Assembly: GCA_022843825.1 (NCBI GenBank)
Contig: JALHMX010000012.1
Coordinates: forward strand, 22,185 to 86,184
Source: Pseudobdellovibrionaceae bacterium
GTDB taxonomy: Bacteria; Bdellovibrionota; Bdellovibrionia; Bdellovibrionales; Bdellovibrionaceae
Direction: 5' to 3'
DNA length: 64,000 bases
Shown here: positions 1-11,146 of the stretch, piece by piece
Numbering within the stretch: the first letter of the stretch is position 1
Layout: the number at the start of each line of letters is the position of its first letter
Position numbers and translations under genes: made by a program
Notes under the pieces: model-generated
What the model was told of the DNA's origin: nothing
The model's input: the letters and a program-made list of their open reading frames with translations, nothing else
Database searches by the model: none

Positions 1-173
1 TTAAATCATTAGGGCTTATTGGCTGTTATGAAGGCGAGTTTAGAGCAGCTGTTTCAGGATATGAGATTAAAGAGGGACAAGTTTTTATACCAAATAAAAC
101 ACGCAGCATATTAAATTTAGATGTAGATCAAGATGTCTTCGTAACGCCCTTTGATTATGGAGGCAAAAAATAA
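1..173 (+). CDS. 3' end of a gene that starts upstream of the window (possibly arginine N-succinyltransferase-like; context guess only)
   Basis: The frame is open from the window edge to TAA at 171-173 (...DVDQDVFVTPFDYGGKK*). The stop overlaps the next ATG (TAATG), suggesting translational coupling to the AstD-like gene. Confidence 0.4.
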   Translation, partial: KSLGLIGCYEGEFRAAVSGYEIKEGQVFIPNKTRSILNLDVDQDVFVTPFDYGGKK

Positions 174-1678
174 TGCAAAATAAAAATATTCAATTCTTAG
201 GCGATTTTTTAAATGGGCGCTTTGTTTTATCTGAAAAACCCGATGGTCAATTTAAAGATGAAAGCCCAGGTGACTTAAGTGATCAGATCTTAACAGCTCA
301 GTACTCTTTGGATAATATCGAAAAAGCCTGCCAGCATGCGAAGGCGGCTTATCTTCCATGGGCGAGACTTAGTTTAGATCAGCGAAAAAATTATCTATTA
401 AAGCTTAAAGATATTTTTGTGGCGCATGAGGCAGAAATCGCTGAGGCCATTGCGCGGGATACAGGAAAAGCACTTTGGGATGCGGTTGCAGAAGCTAAAA
501 ATTTAGCGGCTAAAATTGATATCACTTTGAACGAATCATTAAAACTCGTGCAAGAGCAACGTATTTCAAATGCCTTACCACAGGTGGACGGGGTTCTACG
601 CTATAAGTCCCGCGGAGTAATGGCCGTAATAGGACCGTTTAATTTTCCGGCTCATTTACCGAATGGTCATATTGTTCCAGCTTTAATTACAGGAAATACA
701 ATTGTATTTAAACCTTCGGAGCAAACACCTTTTGTCGGTCAATTGTATGCCCAGATGATTGAAAAAGCGGGTTTTCCTCCCGGAGTATTTAACTTAGTTC
801 AAGGAGAAGGTGAAACAGGAAAGCGACTCGTTGCGCATGAATTAGTTGATGGAGTTTTGTTTACTGGTTCCTACGAGGTCGGACTTAAAATTAAACAAGA
901 AACTTTAACTCACTACTGGAAAATTTTAGCATTAGAAATGGGTGGAAAAAATGCCACTGTAGTATGGGATGATGCTGAAATGGATAAAGCGGTGTATGAA
1001 ACGATTGTAGGCGCTTATATGTCTGTCGGACAGCGGTGTTCTGGTACATCGCGTGTTATACTTCATGATAAGATTGCGGATCAGTTTATAGAAAAATTTT
1101 ATCAAGTTGCTAAGAAATTAACGATTGGCCACTGGTCTAAAAATCCATTTATGGGGTCTTTAATAAATGCCGCTGCTGTGGAAAAATATGTGCGTTTCCA
1201 GGAAATGGCTAACCGAGAAAATTGCGAAAGCATAATGCGAGGTAAATCTTTAGAGTTAGATGTAAAGGGACATTACGTGACACCTAGTATTCATCTGGTT
1301 AAATCTTTTGATCCAAAGTCGGTGTATCAAAAGACCGAAATTTTTGGACCTAATGTGGCTATTTACCGATCGAGTGATTTTGAAAATACAATGGATATTG
1401 TGAATTCGACCGGCTACGGTTTATGTATGGCTTTGTTTACTCAAAACATGGATCTTTACAATGAGGCTTTGTTAAAGGCGCGTGTGGGATTGCTGAACTT
1501 GAATCGCACTACAAATGGAGCTAGTTCAAAACTGCCTTTTGGAGGAATGGGTAAGTCAGGAAACGACCGCCCATCAGGACATTTTGCAGTTCAGTATTGT
1601 ACTGTGCCTTTAGCCAGCCTGGAGGATCCAACTCACTTTGATAAAACCAAATTATTGCCTGGGGTAACATTTGAATAA
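173..1678 (+). CDS. NAD-dependent aldehyde dehydrogenase, succinylglutamate-semialdehyde dehydrogenase (AstD)-like
   Basis: 501 aa. ALDH hallmarks are present: LEMGGKN (catalytic Glu region), GQRCSGTSR (catalytic Cys) and FTGSYEVG. Confidence 0.85.
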   Translation: MQNKNIQFLGDFLNGRFVLSEKPDGQFKDESPGDLSDQILTAQYSLDNIEKACQHAKAAYLPWARLSLDQRKNYLLKLKDIFVAHEAEIAEAIARDTGKALWDAVAEAKNLAAKIDITLNESLKLVQEQRISNALPQVDGVLRYKSRGVMAVIGPFNFPAHLPNGHIVPALITGNTIVFKPSEQTPFVGQLYAQMIEKAGFPPGVFNLVQGEGETGKRLVAHELVDGVLFTGSYEVGLKIKQETLTHYWKILALEMGGKNATVVWDDAEMDKAVYETIVGAYMSVGQRCSGTSRVILHDKIADQFIEKFYQVAKKLTIGHWSKNPFMGSLINAAAVEKYVRFQEMANRENCESIMRGKSLELDVKGHYVTPSIHLVKSFDPKSVYQKTEIFGPNVAIYRSSDFENTMDIVNSTGYGLCMALFTQNMDLYNEALLKARVGLLNLNRTTNGASSKLPFGGMGKSGNDRPSGHFAVQYCTVPLASLEDPTHFDKTKLLPGVTFE

Positions 1679-2735
1679 AAAATTTACTACCTTCTTTGCA
1701 GGAGTCATTGTCTTGTCATTGGCACTGGTACTAACGACAACATTTTTTGCTCAGCAGCTTTTATTTTCTGGTGTAAGCCAAGACAGCACAGAAATTTTGT
1801 TTGATGTATATCCAGGTCAGACAATGTTTACAGTAACAAATAATTTAGAAAACATGGGCTTAATTAAAAATAAATGGCTTTTTTACCAGTACGCACGTTT
1901 GCTGGGTGCCAATGCTAGACTTAAAAAAGGCGAATACTCTTTAAATCAAACTATGCCGGCGGATCAGATTATATCGGTCATTACCTCAGGTAAAAGTGTG
2001 GCGCGAAATATGACCATTATAGAGGGTTCGACTATTTACGATGTGGCCGACGTCATCGAAAAATTAGGAATTGCTTCTCGGCAAGATGTCCTAATTTTAG
2101 TGCGGGATCCAGTATTTATTCGTCAAGCTTTAGGAGAAACTCAGGAAAGTCTAGAGGGCTATTTGTTTCCTGAAACTTATAAGGTCACTAAGTTTGATAC
2201 TCTTAAAGATACTCTTATGCAAATGACAAGAAGATTTCTAGTTGTTTGGTCAGAATTTGATGCTCAGGCTCGCGCCATAGGATGGCCTCGTCATAAAGTA
2301 ATTACGTTGGCGAGTATCGTTGAAAAAGAAACAGGACATGAGAAAGATCGCACCATTGTTTCGTCGGTGTTTCACAATCGGATTGCAAAAAAAATGCGTT
2401 TGCAAACCGATCCGACAGTATTATATGGATTGGCCGTTGAAAAAGGTTTTATGCCAAATAATATTTCAAAAAAAGATTTACAAACTCCGAACAGATTTAA
2501 TACTTATACGATAGCCAGTTTGCCGCCGACTCCTATTTCAAATCCGGGCCGAATGGCCATTATGGCAACTTTAAATCCGGCTCGAACAAACTACCTTTAC
2601 TTCGTCAGTCGAAATGATGGAACTACAGCTTTTTCAGAAAGCTTAGTTCAACATAACAAATCAGTAGACAAATACCAGCGTAATCCCAAGGCCCGCGAAG
2701 GCAAATCCTGGCGCGATCTTAAAAATAAAAAATAG
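1671..2735 (+). CDS. mltG: Endolytic murein transglycosylase MltG (YceG family)
   Basis: N-terminal TM helix followed by a YceG-like domain with LASIVEKET and QTDPTVLYG motifs. TTG start, so the exact start is uncertain. Confidence 0.88.
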   Translation: MNKKFTTFFAGVIVLSLALVLTTTFFAQQLLFSGVSQDSTEILFDVYPGQTMFTVTNNLENMGLIKNKWLFYQYARLLGANARLKKGEYSLNQTMPADQIISVITSGKSVARNMTIIEGSTIYDVADVIEKLGIASRQDVLILVRDPVFIRQALGETQESLEGYLFPETYKVTKFDTLKDTLMQMTRRFLVVWSEFDAQARAIGWPRHKVITLASIVEKETGHEKDRTIVSSVFHNRIAKKMRLQTDPTVLYGLAVEKGFMPNNISKKDLQTPNRFNTYTIASLPPTPISNPGRMAIMATLNPARTNYLYFVSRNDGTTAFSESLVQHNKSVDKYQRNPKAREGKSWRDLKNKK

Positions 2736-2737
2736 GT

Positions 2738-3244
2738 TTAATAATCGGTGGCGACAGTTTGAAAGAATTGCTGAGAAGTTGAATCGTATTTAAAGACATT
2801 AAGTCGAGATGATCCATAGCTGTCAACCGTTGGAGCTACTATATCAAGGACTCCGTTTTTATCGATATCAGTTAAGGCCAAGCTGACGGAGTTGCCTTCG
2901 ATCATAAGATAAGCGTCTTTATCGTCAAGCAGTACGAACCTTTGCTTAAGTCGTTGTAGTGAGGACGATGGATTGGATGCATTTATGGTTTTTTCATAAA
3001 TTTCTATTTCAATTCCAACGGCAGTTCTAATTTTAAATATGATAAATTGGGACCCATCATAGTTTGTAAAAATCTTTGCCAGTATGGCGCGCTGACTAGA
3101 GTCTTCGGAAAACTGATTAAAGTATGCTCGCAAATTTTGAGACGAAGACAAAACTGCTGCGGCGATGGATAAAATAATCATTGTAACCATTATGATTAGT
3201 TTATATTTTTCAGATATTGATGCAGTGCTATTAGTTAAGCTCAT
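2738..3244 (-). CDS. Membrane-anchored hypothetical protein with one FG-GAP/VCBS-like repeat
   Basis: 168 aa, one N-terminal TM helix and a DIDKNGVLDIV calcium-loop-like motif. No further recognisable family. Confidence 0.55.
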   Translation of the reverse strand: MSLTNSTASISEKYKLIIMVTMIILSIAAAVLSSSQNLRAYFNQFSEDSSQRAILAKIFTNYDGSQFIIFKIRTAVGIEIEIYEKTINASNPSSSLQRLKQRFVLLDDKDAYLMIEGNSVSLALTDIDKNGVLDIVAPTVDSYGSSRLNVFKYDSTSQQFFQTVATDY

Positions 3245-3272
3245 TTATTTATATTCTGGTATACTCCAAATT

Positions 3273-3875
3273 ATGAGTCAAACAGCAATCAACCCAGACA
3301 GCTTTTATCAACTTATTCAAAGTCGAAAGTCTATTCGTCAGTACACACCAAAGCCTGTTAAAAAAGAAATCATTCAAAAAATTCTAGAACAAGCTGCTTT
3401 TCATGCTCCATCGGGCAAAAACCGTCAAAATTGGAGATTTTACGTCGTCCAGGGAAAAAAAAGGGATGAGTATTTGCAGTACTCGCAGAAGTCGTGGCTG
3501 GGAATCAAGGATATTCTTAAAAAAACCTTAAAACCCTCACTTTATGATTTTACCGAAAGGTTCTTTTTTACATTAGGCGATGCCCCGGTCATTATATTTG
3601 CCTATTCACAAAATTCAGCTGAAGAGCGCCATTACACCAGCATCGGCAGTGTGTACATGGCTGTTCAAAATATTAATCTTGCTTGTCAGGTAGAGGGCTT
3701 AGGTTGCTGCACTATGGGAGCTCCGTTAGAAATAAAAAACGAAGTCGATAAATTTTTAGGTGTCGATCATAACGAAAATTTGGAATTACTTTGCGCTGTG
3801 GTTATTGGTCATCCCGCGCACGACCCGCCGAAAGCCCCTCGTAAAACAGAGGGGCGCATTACTTGGTGGGAGTGA
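3273..3875 (+). CDS. Nitroreductase family protein
   Basis: Nitroreductase N-terminal signature RKSIRQYTPKPV plus APSGKNRQNW. I start at the internal ATG 3273 (MSQTAINPD...) because the ORF-track 5' extension overlaps the divergent gene 2738-3244. Confidence 0.8.
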   Translation: MSQTAINPDSFYQLIQSRKSIRQYTPKPVKKEIIQKILEQAAFHAPSGKNRQNWRFYVVQGKKRDEYLQYSQKSWLGIKDILKKTLKPSLYDFTERFFFTLGDAPVIIFAYSQNSAEERHYTSIGSVYMAVQNINLACQVEGLGCCTMGAPLEIKNEVDKFLGVDHNENLELLCAVVIGHPAHDPPKAPRKTEGRITWWE

Positions 3876-3876
3876 A

Positions 3877-4323
3877 TTAATCCACTATAGTATCAATAAT
3901 TTTCAGCTGGTCTAAAGCTTGAATGTCCGTGGTACAATCAACTGACGTGATCATGCGTACAATATCGAATGGAGGATATGTACTGCGGATCACACTTTCA
4001 ATTTCAAATTGGAAAAGGTCGCTTCCTTGAGAATGTAAAACTAAAGTTTCTTCACCATAATTAATAATTAGGTCTTTAGATAAAGATCGGATAGATCCAA
4101 GTTGCACAGTTTCATGTATGGTATCCATCGTTCCATAGACAGAATCTTTAGAAAAAAGGGTCTTGATCAATATACCCTTTCCATTAACAGTGGCCGCTTC
4201 GTAACTCGTAAAATTTAAACGAGGTGTCCCATTAGGCGTCGATAGGTGGCGGCAATATACCACATTTTGAGCGTATGATGAGAGCGTAAACAGCGATACT
4301 AGCATTAAAATCATTTTATTCAT
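3877..4323 (-). CDS. Secreted hypothetical protein
   Basis: 148 aa with an N-terminal signal peptide (MNKMILMLVSLFTLSSYAQ). No recognised domain. Confidence 0.55.
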   Translation of the reverse strand: MNKMILMLVSLFTLSSYAQNVVYCRHLSTPNGTPRLNFTSYEAATVNGKGILIKTLFSKDSVYGTMDTIHETVQLGSIRSLSKDLIINYGEETLVLHSQGSDLFQFEIESVIRSTYPPFDIVRMITSVDCTTDIQALDQLKIIDTIVD

Positions 4324-4429
4324 AAATCCTCCTTGGATAAAAATAGGTTATGCATATTAAGGACCAAAGAGTAATTCTTAAAGAGAATGTTTAACATTTC
4401 TAATATGAATGTAAAAAAACTATTGTAAA

Positions 4430-5323
4430 TTGCGATCAAGAATGTTTATCATTCGCATGATGAATAGTGATTTAATGAATAAATACGTCAGTTGGAGCCC
4501 TTTTCGCTACGAAATAGATTGCATATTAGCCTGTGCAGAGCATGGTAATATTACCAAGGCGGCAGAAAGAGTCGGTTTGACCCAGGCCAGCTTGTCTAAG
4601 GTCTTACAAAAAACTGAAAGCAGTTTGGGACTAAAAGTGTTTGTTCGTAGTCCGCGAGGCATAAAGTTGACGGCTAGCGGAAAAGAATTTGTTCAATCAT
4701 TAAAAAATATTCGCAATCATTGGACGCAGTTCGCTCAGGATAACCCGCAAGATGAAGAGTATGGTTTGTCAGAAATTTCCGTTGGAACGCATTCATCGAT
4801 TGCAGGAAGTTATTTTCCTAAAATATTGGAAAAAATGTTTTTACAGTATCCTCGGACGAATTTTAAGTTTGATTTTAGTCGTTCGGTCGAGGTCACTCAA
4901 AAAGTCGCACGCTCTGAGTTAGATATAGGACTGGTGGTCAACCCGGTTCGCAATCCTGAGCTCATCGCTAAAAAGTTCAGTTATGGATATTTAGCTTTAT
5001 GGGGCAAGGATAAAACCCCATCTCAGGATGTACTCTACAGTAGCGATATGTTTTTAGGTGAAAAAATACTTCGAGTTATTAAAAATAAAAGATTGATTGA
5101 AATGAATGATTACTATGTCATAGCCAATACCATTAAAAACTCATCGATTACAGGATTGCTCCCTCGCCAGGTGGGAGAGATTTTCGGGCTTCATATGCAA
5201 TCTAATCGTTTTTTAGTTGTGGATATGACCCTTATTTATCGAAAAGACCGTTTTCACTCTCCACACCAAAAAGCTTTTATTGCAAAAGTTTCGCAGTTAT
5301 TAATGACTTATAAGGATTCATAG
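4430..5323 (+). CDS. LysR-family transcriptional regulator
   Basis: N-terminal HTH (GNITKAAERVGLTQASLSKVLQKTE) plus a LysR substrate-binding-like C-terminal part. The true start is probably an internal ATG (4442-4475). Confidence 0.8.
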   Translation: MRSRMFIIRMMNSDLMNKYVSWSPFRYEIDCILACAEHGNITKAAERVGLTQASLSKVLQKTESSLGLKVFVRSPRGIKLTASGKEFVQSLKNIRNHWTQFAQDNPQDEEYGLSEISVGTHSSIAGSYFPKILEKMFLQYPRTNFKFDFSRSVEVTQKVARSELDIGLVVNPVRNPELIAKKFSYGYLALWGKDKTPSQDVLYSSDMFLGEKILRVIKNKRLIEMNDYYVIANTIKNSSITGLLPRQVGEIFGLHMQSNRFLVVDMTLIYRKDRFHSPHQKAFIAKVSQLLMTYKDS

Positions 5324-5367
5324 AATCTCTATGGACAGTTTATAGGGATTCATATAAAACCCGTAGA

Positions 5368-6390
5368 GTGAAATTGCATCCTTTAGACGCCTTAAAAAAA
5401 AATCCATTTGTACTAGCGCCGATGGCTGGGATAACCGATCACGCTTTTAGATCATTTATGCGAAAGCTAGATGCTAGTATTGTCGTCACTGAGCTGGTTT
5501 CCGCTACGGGAATAGAATATAAATCACAGAAGACCTTAGATCTTATGAGTTATGATGAATCTCAGCGACCTATTGGGATTCAACTTTTTGGTGAAGATGC
5601 AGAGACTATCGGTCGCGCGGCTCAGGTGGCTGAAGAGCATGGAGCCGATTTTGTGGATCTTAACTTCGGCTGCCCGGTTCCTAAAGTCGTTAAAAAAGGT
5701 GCGGGCTCTGCTATGCTTAAAGATTTGCCGAATATGCAGAAGGTGCTTTCGTCTTGTGTAAGGTCTGTAAAAATTCCCGTGACCATTAAAATTAGAACTG
5801 GATGGGACTCAACGTTGCGAAATGCAGTAGATGTGTGTCAGCTCGCTTATGATGAGGGCATCAGCTGGGTCGCTATTCATGGTCGAACTCGTGCGCAGGG
5901 ATATAGTGGTTTGGCCGACTGGGATTTTATTTCCGAAATTAAATCAAAATCTAAGATTCCTATACTGGGAAATGGCGATATTTTAACTCCTCAAAAAGCT
6001 GTAGCGCGCTTATATGAGTCCGGATGTGATGGCGTGATGATCGGTCGCGGGTGTCTGAAAAATCCGTTGATCTTTGCCGACGCTTTAAGCTTGTGGAAAA
6101 ATGAGCCTCTTCGGGTAGATCTAAAGCGGAATTATCATGGAATTTTCACCGATTTGAGTCAGCAAATACAGGCCCATTGTCCAGATCACATCACCAACAT
6201 TCAGCTGAAAAAGTTTGCCTCTTGGTTCTCGACAGGGTATCCAGGAGCAGCTGCATTTCGAAAGCAAATTTTCCAAATTAAGGATAATGACGAAGTCCTT
6301 CGATGTGCGCTAGAATTCTTTAGTTCAATTACAGAATTGGAACAAGAAGACACTAGCGGTGATAACTTTTTAATGGGTGGTCACGGCTAG
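5368..6390 (+). CDS. tRNA-dihydrouridine synthase (Dus family)
   Basis: LAPMAGITD, DLNFGCP and IHGRTR motifs typical of FMN-dependent Dus enzymes. GTG start. Confidence 0.9.
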   Translation: MKLHPLDALKKNPFVLAPMAGITDHAFRSFMRKLDASIVVTELVSATGIEYKSQKTLDLMSYDESQRPIGIQLFGEDAETIGRAAQVAEEHGADFVDLNFGCPVPKVVKKGAGSAMLKDLPNMQKVLSSCVRSVKIPVTIKIRTGWDSTLRNAVDVCQLAYDEGISWVAIHGRTRAQGYSGLADWDFISEIKSKSKIPILGNGDILTPQKAVARLYESGCDGVMIGRGCLKNPLIFADALSLWKNEPLRVDLKRNYHGIFTDLSQQIQAHCPDHITNIQLKKFASWFSTGYPGAAAFRKQIFQIKDNDEVLRCALEFFSSITELEQEDTSGDNFLMGGHG

Positions 6391-6437
6391 GAAATTAAAA
6401 GGAAGGTCGCGCAGAAGGCGCGACGAAAGAAGGAACC

Positions 6438-8258
6438 ATGCAAGATCCAAAAAAAATTAGAAACATCGCCATCATTGCCCACGTCGATCATGGTAAAACT
6501 ACACTCGTGGATCATTTGATCAAACAAGCGGGTATGTACCGTGATAATCAACAAGTTGAAGAGCGCTTGATGGACTCTATGGATCTTGAAAAAGAGCGTG
6601 GTATTACTATTGCCGCAAAAAATGCTTCATTCACTTATAAAGACACTAAAATTAATATCGTTGATACTCCGGGGCATAGTGACTTCGGCGGAGAAGTTGA
6701 ACGCGTATTAAATATGGTTGATGGCGCAATTTTACTTTGTGATGCGTCGGAAGGGCCACTTCCGCAAACACGTTTTGTTTTGAAAAAAGCTTTAGAGCAA
6801 AATATTAAAGTTATAGTCGTTATCAACAAAATCGATCGTTCAGATGCGCGTATTCAAGATGTGCATAACGAATTGTTTGATCTTTTTATTGATCTAGATG
6901 CCACAGAAGAGCAATGTGATTTTCATACTATATATGCGATTGCGCGTGAAGGTATGGCGACACTCGATCCCAATAAAAAAACAGAAAACCTAGAAGTTTT
7001 GTATGATGCTATTGTAAATTTAGTTCCGCCTCCGAAAATCGAAGAAAATGCACCTTTGCAGTTAATGGTTTCTAATATTGGTTACAATGATTACGTGGGT
7101 CGTTTAGCGATGGGTCGTATGCGTGCAGGCACTATTAAGGTAGGCGACGAAGTTCTTTGTCTCCAAGAAAACTCACAGAAAAAAGTTAAAGTCAGTGCGC
7201 TTTTTCAATATCACATTAACTCTCAAATTCCAGTTCAGGAAATTGGTGCTGGAGATATGGCCATTATAGCCGGGATTGAAGACTTCGCCATTGGCGATAC
7301 CATTACGTCGGCGACAGATCCTCGTCCACTGCCTCGAATTAAAGTGGAAGAGCCTACAGTAGGAATGATTTTCTCTGTTAATAACGGTCCGTTTGCAGGC
7401 ATGGAAGGCAAACAAGTTACCTCACGAAAAATTTTAGAGCGATTAGAAAAAGAACTTTTGTATAACGTTTCAATTCGAGTTGAAAAAACAGATACAACGG
7501 ATGCATTTAAAGTCGTAGGTCGCGGAGAACTACAGCTTGGAGTTCTTATCGAGCAAATGCGTCGCGAAGGCTTCGAGCTTTTAGTTTCTAAACCGACAGT
7601 CATCATGAAACATGAAGGCGGAAAAAAGTTGGAGCCTATGGAAATCGCTGTCATTGATATCGAAGATCCTTATGTGGGAGTTGTGACAGAGAAACTGGGT
7701 AAGCGTAAAGGTGTTATGATGAATATGAACACGAAAGGTTCTGGTCGTACGCGGTTAGAATTTAGAATACCTTCTCGTGGTCTGATTGGATATCGCTCGG
7801 AGTTTTTAACAGATACTCGTGGTACGGGTTTATTGAATACGCAGTTCGACGGTTGGGATGAATATCGTGGAGATATTCAATCACGTATGAATGGGGCAAT
7901 GATTTCAGATCGTAAGGGTGTAGCAACATCGTTTGCTATTTGGAATAAGCAAGAGCGTGGAGTTATGTCTGTTGTTCATGGTCAAGAGGTGTACGAAGGC
8001 ATGATCGTCGGAGAGCACGCTAAAGATAATGATTTGGTTGTTAATATTACTGAAGAGAAAAAATTAACTAACGTTCGTGCTTCTGGAACTGATGAGGCTA
8101 TTCGCGTAATTCCAGTACGTCCTTGGACCTTAGAAGCGGCGATGGAGTGGATTAAAGAATCAGAACTCATCGAAGTAACGCCGAAGAATATTCGGATTCG
8201 TTGTCGAGAACTAGACCCTCACAAGCGCCCGAAACCACAAAAAGATAAAAAAGACTAA
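6438..8258 (+). CDS. typA: Translational GTPase TypA/BipA
   Basis: 606 aa. G1 [10 protein letters not shown]3 DTPGH and G4 NKID motifs, with a full-length BipA-like architecture. Confidence 0.95.
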   Translation: MQDPKKIRNIAIIAHVDHGKTTLVDHLIKQAGMYRDNQQVEERLMDSMDLEKERGITIAAKNASFTYKDTKINIVDTPGHSDFGGEVERVLNMVDGAILLCDASEGPLPQTRFVLKKALEQNIKVIVVINKIDRSDARIQDVHNELFDLFIDLDATEEQCDFHTIYAIAREGMATLDPNKKTENLEVLYDAIVNLVPPPKIEENAPLQLMVSNIGYNDYVGRLAMGRMRAGTIKVGDEVLCLQENSQKKVKVSALFQYHINSQIPVQEIGAGDMAIIAGIEDFAIGDTITSATDPRPLPRIKVEEPTVGMIFSVNNGPFAGMEGKQVTSRKILERLEKELLYNVSIRVEKTDTTDAFKVVGRGELQLGVLIEQMRREGFELLVSKPTVIMKHEGGKKLEPMEIAVIDIEDPYVGVVTEKLGKRKGVMMNMNTKGSGRTRLEFRIPSRGLIGYRSEFLTDTRGTGLLNTQFDGWDEYRGDIQSRMNGAMISDRKGVATSFAIWNKQERGVMSVVHGQEVYEGMIVGEHAKDNDLVVNITEEKKLTNVRASGTDEAIRVIPVRPWTLEAAMEWIKESELIEVTPKNIRIRCRELDPHKRPKPQKDKKD

Positions 8259-8264
8259 TTAGAC

Positions 8265-10256
8265 TTATTGAGAAAAATATTTTGATAAGCAGTTTATGAG
8301 CTTCGCGCGATCATAGGGCTTACTCAAATATTCGTTGCAACCAGCTTCCAGACATTTTTCTTGGTCTTCTTTCATCGCGTAGCCGGTTAATGCAATGATT
8401 GGAGTTTTAATTCCTAAGCGTCGCAACTCAGTGGTTGCAGTATAGCCATCCATAATAGGCATTTGGATATCCATCAAAATAGCATCGTATGAGTTAGACA
8501 TAGCTTTCTCAATACCTTCAACGCCATTATTTGCGAACTCTGCAATTACTCCACTTTTTGACAGGAAGTACTGCGCGATGGTCTGATTATCTAAAGAATC
8601 TTCAACAACTAAAATCTTTTTGCCTTTAAGTGCCGAGTCATCAATGGGTGATGAATAAGACATATTCGGAGAAACAAGACGGGCCTCTACAGGTTGGTAG
8701 GCAATTCGAATTTCAAAAACGCTTCCTTGGCCAGGTTGACTTCGAACCAATTGTACGTCTCCACCAAGCAGTTGAGAAAGGCGCTTCGCAATGACTAATC
8801 CTAAGCCAGTACCTCCATATTTTTTACGTACAGAGCTATCACCCTGCGAGAATGGTTGAAATAGATGTTCGGCTTGTTCTGCAGTAATTCCATTTCCCGA
8901 ATCTTTTACAAAAAAATGAATGTGATTGTTTTGTACATAATAGACTACGTTGACTGCACCGCGATCCGTAAACTTAATAGAATTACCAATAACATTCGCC
9001 AGAATTTGACGTAATCGTATAGGATCAGAATGAATATAGTCTGATACCTCACCCTGACGTTCAAAAAATAACTGAATATTTTTTTCCTCACAGCGCAAGC
9101 GCAACAACGCCTGCAAATCAGAAACAAGTTGAAACAGAGAGAACGGAGTTTTTTCGATTTCAATTTGATCAGCTTCAACTTTTGCAACATCAAGAATATC
9201 ATTAATGATGGTCGTTAAGCTGGCCCCCGTGCGTTTTATTATAGCCGCAAATCTTTGTTTCTCTGTATCCGAAATTGTTTTGTCCTGTAAAAGCTCGGAA
9301 AATCCAAGGATGGCGTTCAGCGGCGTGCGAATTTCGTGACTCATGTTAGCTAGAAAAAGATTTTTCGTCTGACTGGCCTGTTCGGCATGTTCACGCTCGT
9401 GAGTTTGTAAGCGCAGATTTTCAATCATCGTATTAATTGATTTTGAAAGTTGTCCTAGCTCATCATTAGAATGTACCATTACGTTTTGTGAAAGATCACC
9501 TTCACTGACGCGTATGGCGGTTTTATTAAGATCTTTAAGAACTCGAGTCAAATTTCGACCGAATCGTATGGTTAAATAGATTCCAGTACTTTCTACCGTA
9601 ATGACGGCGCAAATAAGAATAATCATCAAAAGGCGCTCAAGCCAGCGAGAAGCAGCCCCTAATGTCGATGAGAATTCATTTTCAATTTCTGTTAGATGTG
9701 CGTCTAAGTGATGAATTTGATCTAATATATTTTCGACTTCTTCAAGCCGAGGTTTAGGCGAACGGATTTCTGCGCGGAGCTTCTCTGCCATTATTATATA
9801 ATCATCTATCAGCAGATCGGCTTCACGCCACTTATCTAGCGCGGCCGCTAAGTGGGGAACTTTGTAAAAACGGCGCACCAGATTAACCATAGGCGGTATG
9901 TCGTCGGGATGATTTTGTCCCTTAAGGAAACCTGCCGTAGCGGCTTCCATATCTAAATCAGATTTTTCAATAGCTAGTCGTGCTTCTCTGTCCCCAAGCG
10001 GCACAGAAAGGGCTTTAAGATATTCGTTATAGTATATTTCATTTCCTGTGTAGGCGTATTTTTGAAGTAGATATACCGAATGTTTTTGAGCTTTCGACCA
10101 TAGACCTTCTCCGCCCACGAAGGCACGCACGGCAGAAAGAGTTGTCATGGCGAAGTACAGCGTAAAAAGCTCGGCAGCAATGAGCAAAGCCATAACGCCC
10201 ACGACACTATACAGCTTTTTCGATACAGAAAGGTTGCGCCACCAGTTAACTTTCAT
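8265..10256 (-). CDS. Hybrid sensor histidine kinase / response regulator (TM-sensor-HAMP-HisKA-HATPase-REC)
   Basis: H-box SHEIRTPLN and G-boxes GTGLGL. C-terminal receiver with DSLDNQ...DIQMP...LTG. Confidence 0.9.
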   Translation of the reverse strand: MKVNWWRNLSVSKKLYSVVGVMALLIAAELFTLYFAMTTLSAVRAFVGGEGLWSKAQKHSVYLLQKYAYTGNEIYYNEYLKALSVPLGDREARLAIEKSDLDMEAATAGFLKGQNHPDDIPPMVNLVRRFYKVPHLAAALDKWREADLLIDDYIIMAEKLRAEIRSPKPRLEEVENILDQIHHLDAHLTEIENEFSSTLGAASRWLERLLMIILICAVITVESTGIYLTIRFGRNLTRVLKDLNKTAIRVSEGDLSQNVMVHSNDELGQLSKSINTMIENLRLQTHEREHAEQASQTKNLFLANMSHEIRTPLNAILGFSELLQDKTISDTEKQRFAAIIKRTGASLTTIINDILDVAKVEADQIEIEKTPFSLFQLVSDLQALLRLRCEEKNIQLFFERQGEVSDYIHSDPIRLRQILANVIGNSIKFTDRGAVNVVYYVQNNHIHFFVKDSGNGITAEQAEHLFQPFSQGDSSVRKKYGGTGLGLVIAKRLSQLLGGDVQLVRSQPGQGSVFEIRIAYQPVEARLVSPNMSYSSPIDDSALKGKKILVVEDSLDNQTIAQYFLSKSGVIAEFANNGVEGIEKAMSNSYDAILMDIQMPIMDGYTATTELRRLGIKTPIIALTGYAMKEDQEKCLEAGCNEYLSKPYDRAKLINCLSKYFSQ

Positions 10257-10300
10257 ACATTGAAAATGTTATGGCGGATGGAACACTTAAGCAAATTAAT

Positions 10301-11146
10301 TTAATTGTCTTGTGTTTCGTTAATGATCATTTCCTCAAGCTCTTCTTCGGTTAAGTGATCAAATTCATTTTCTATAGGCAGTGCCTGAGGGGGAATTATT
10401 GTACCTTCAGCTAAAAATGAGTCAATTCGCGCCAAAGCAGTATAATAAGATTCTTCAGGGATCATTTTAAATCTATACATATTTTCAACAATTGTGGTTA
10501 TTCGACGACGAGCAAATTGGGTTAAGCCTTTGCGGTGATAGGACTGAGAATATATTTCTGGGCTGGGTAAAACCATAGCTAAAAAGGCACTTTCCACCAC
10601 GTCCAATTCCGCGGGCGATTTTTTAAAATAATACTGAGCAGCCTGTTTTACTCCGTATATATTTTTTCCGAACTGAACTACGTTCAAATACTTCTCTAGA
10701 ATTTCTTTTTTAGTTAAAGTTTTTTCAAGCTTCACTGTAATTAAGGCCTCAACGCCTTTTCGAACTACATTTTTTTTCTTAGACAAAAACATATTTCTGG
10801 CCAATTGCTGGGTTATCGTAGATCCACCACAAACAAAACGTCTTTTCTCTTTAATTTTTTCTATGCAAAGTTCGATGCCCTCAAAATCAAATCCTTTATG
10901 AGTATAAAACTTACCATCTTCTGTACTAATTATCGCTTTTTGTAAATAGCTAGAAATGTTTTTTAAAGGAGTAAAATTCTTTGCTCTAGGGCACAAATCA
11001 ACTTGATGCATGCTGGTGACAAGACAACCTTTAATTTCTTTAGTGCTGGGAACTTGCCAATACAAAATCAGAAATAATCCCATTATAAATCCCAAAAAAA
11101 TCAGCAAATATATTTTCAATTTATATATCCATTCTGTTTCATCCAC
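10301..11146 (-). CDS. mtgA: Monofunctional peptidoglycan glycosyltransferase (GT51, MtgA-like)
   Basis: N-terminal TM helix plus GT51 motifs EDGKFYTHKGFD and GGSTITQQLARN. Confidence 0.85.
   Translation of the reverse strand: MDETEWIYKLKIYLLIFLGFIMGLFLILYWQVPSTKEIKGCLVTSMHQVDLCPRAKNFTPLKNISSYLQKAIISTEDGKFYTHKGFDFEGIELCIEKIKEKRRFVCGGSTITQQLARNMFLSKKKNVVRKGVEALITVKLEKTLTKKEILEKYLNVVQFGKNIYGVKQAAQYYFKKSPAELDVVESAFLAMVLPSPEIYSQSYHRKGLTQFARRRITTIVENMYRFKMIPEESYYTALARIDSFLAEGTIIPPQALPIENEFDHLTEEELEEMIINETQDN

Noticed and set aside
3165-3272. N-terminal 36-codon extension of the nitroreductase ORF
   Set aside because: It overlaps the start of the divergent gene 2738-3244 and is not part of the nitroreductase fold. 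The internal ATG 3273 gives a typical N-terminus.
6635-8170. Several 60-139-aa minus-strand ORFs (6635-6829, 7173-7415, 7235-7654, 7982-8170)
   Set aside because: All are antisense to, and nested in, the strongly supported typA gene. Their low-complexity Ser/Arg/Pro-rich translations are typical of antisense frames.
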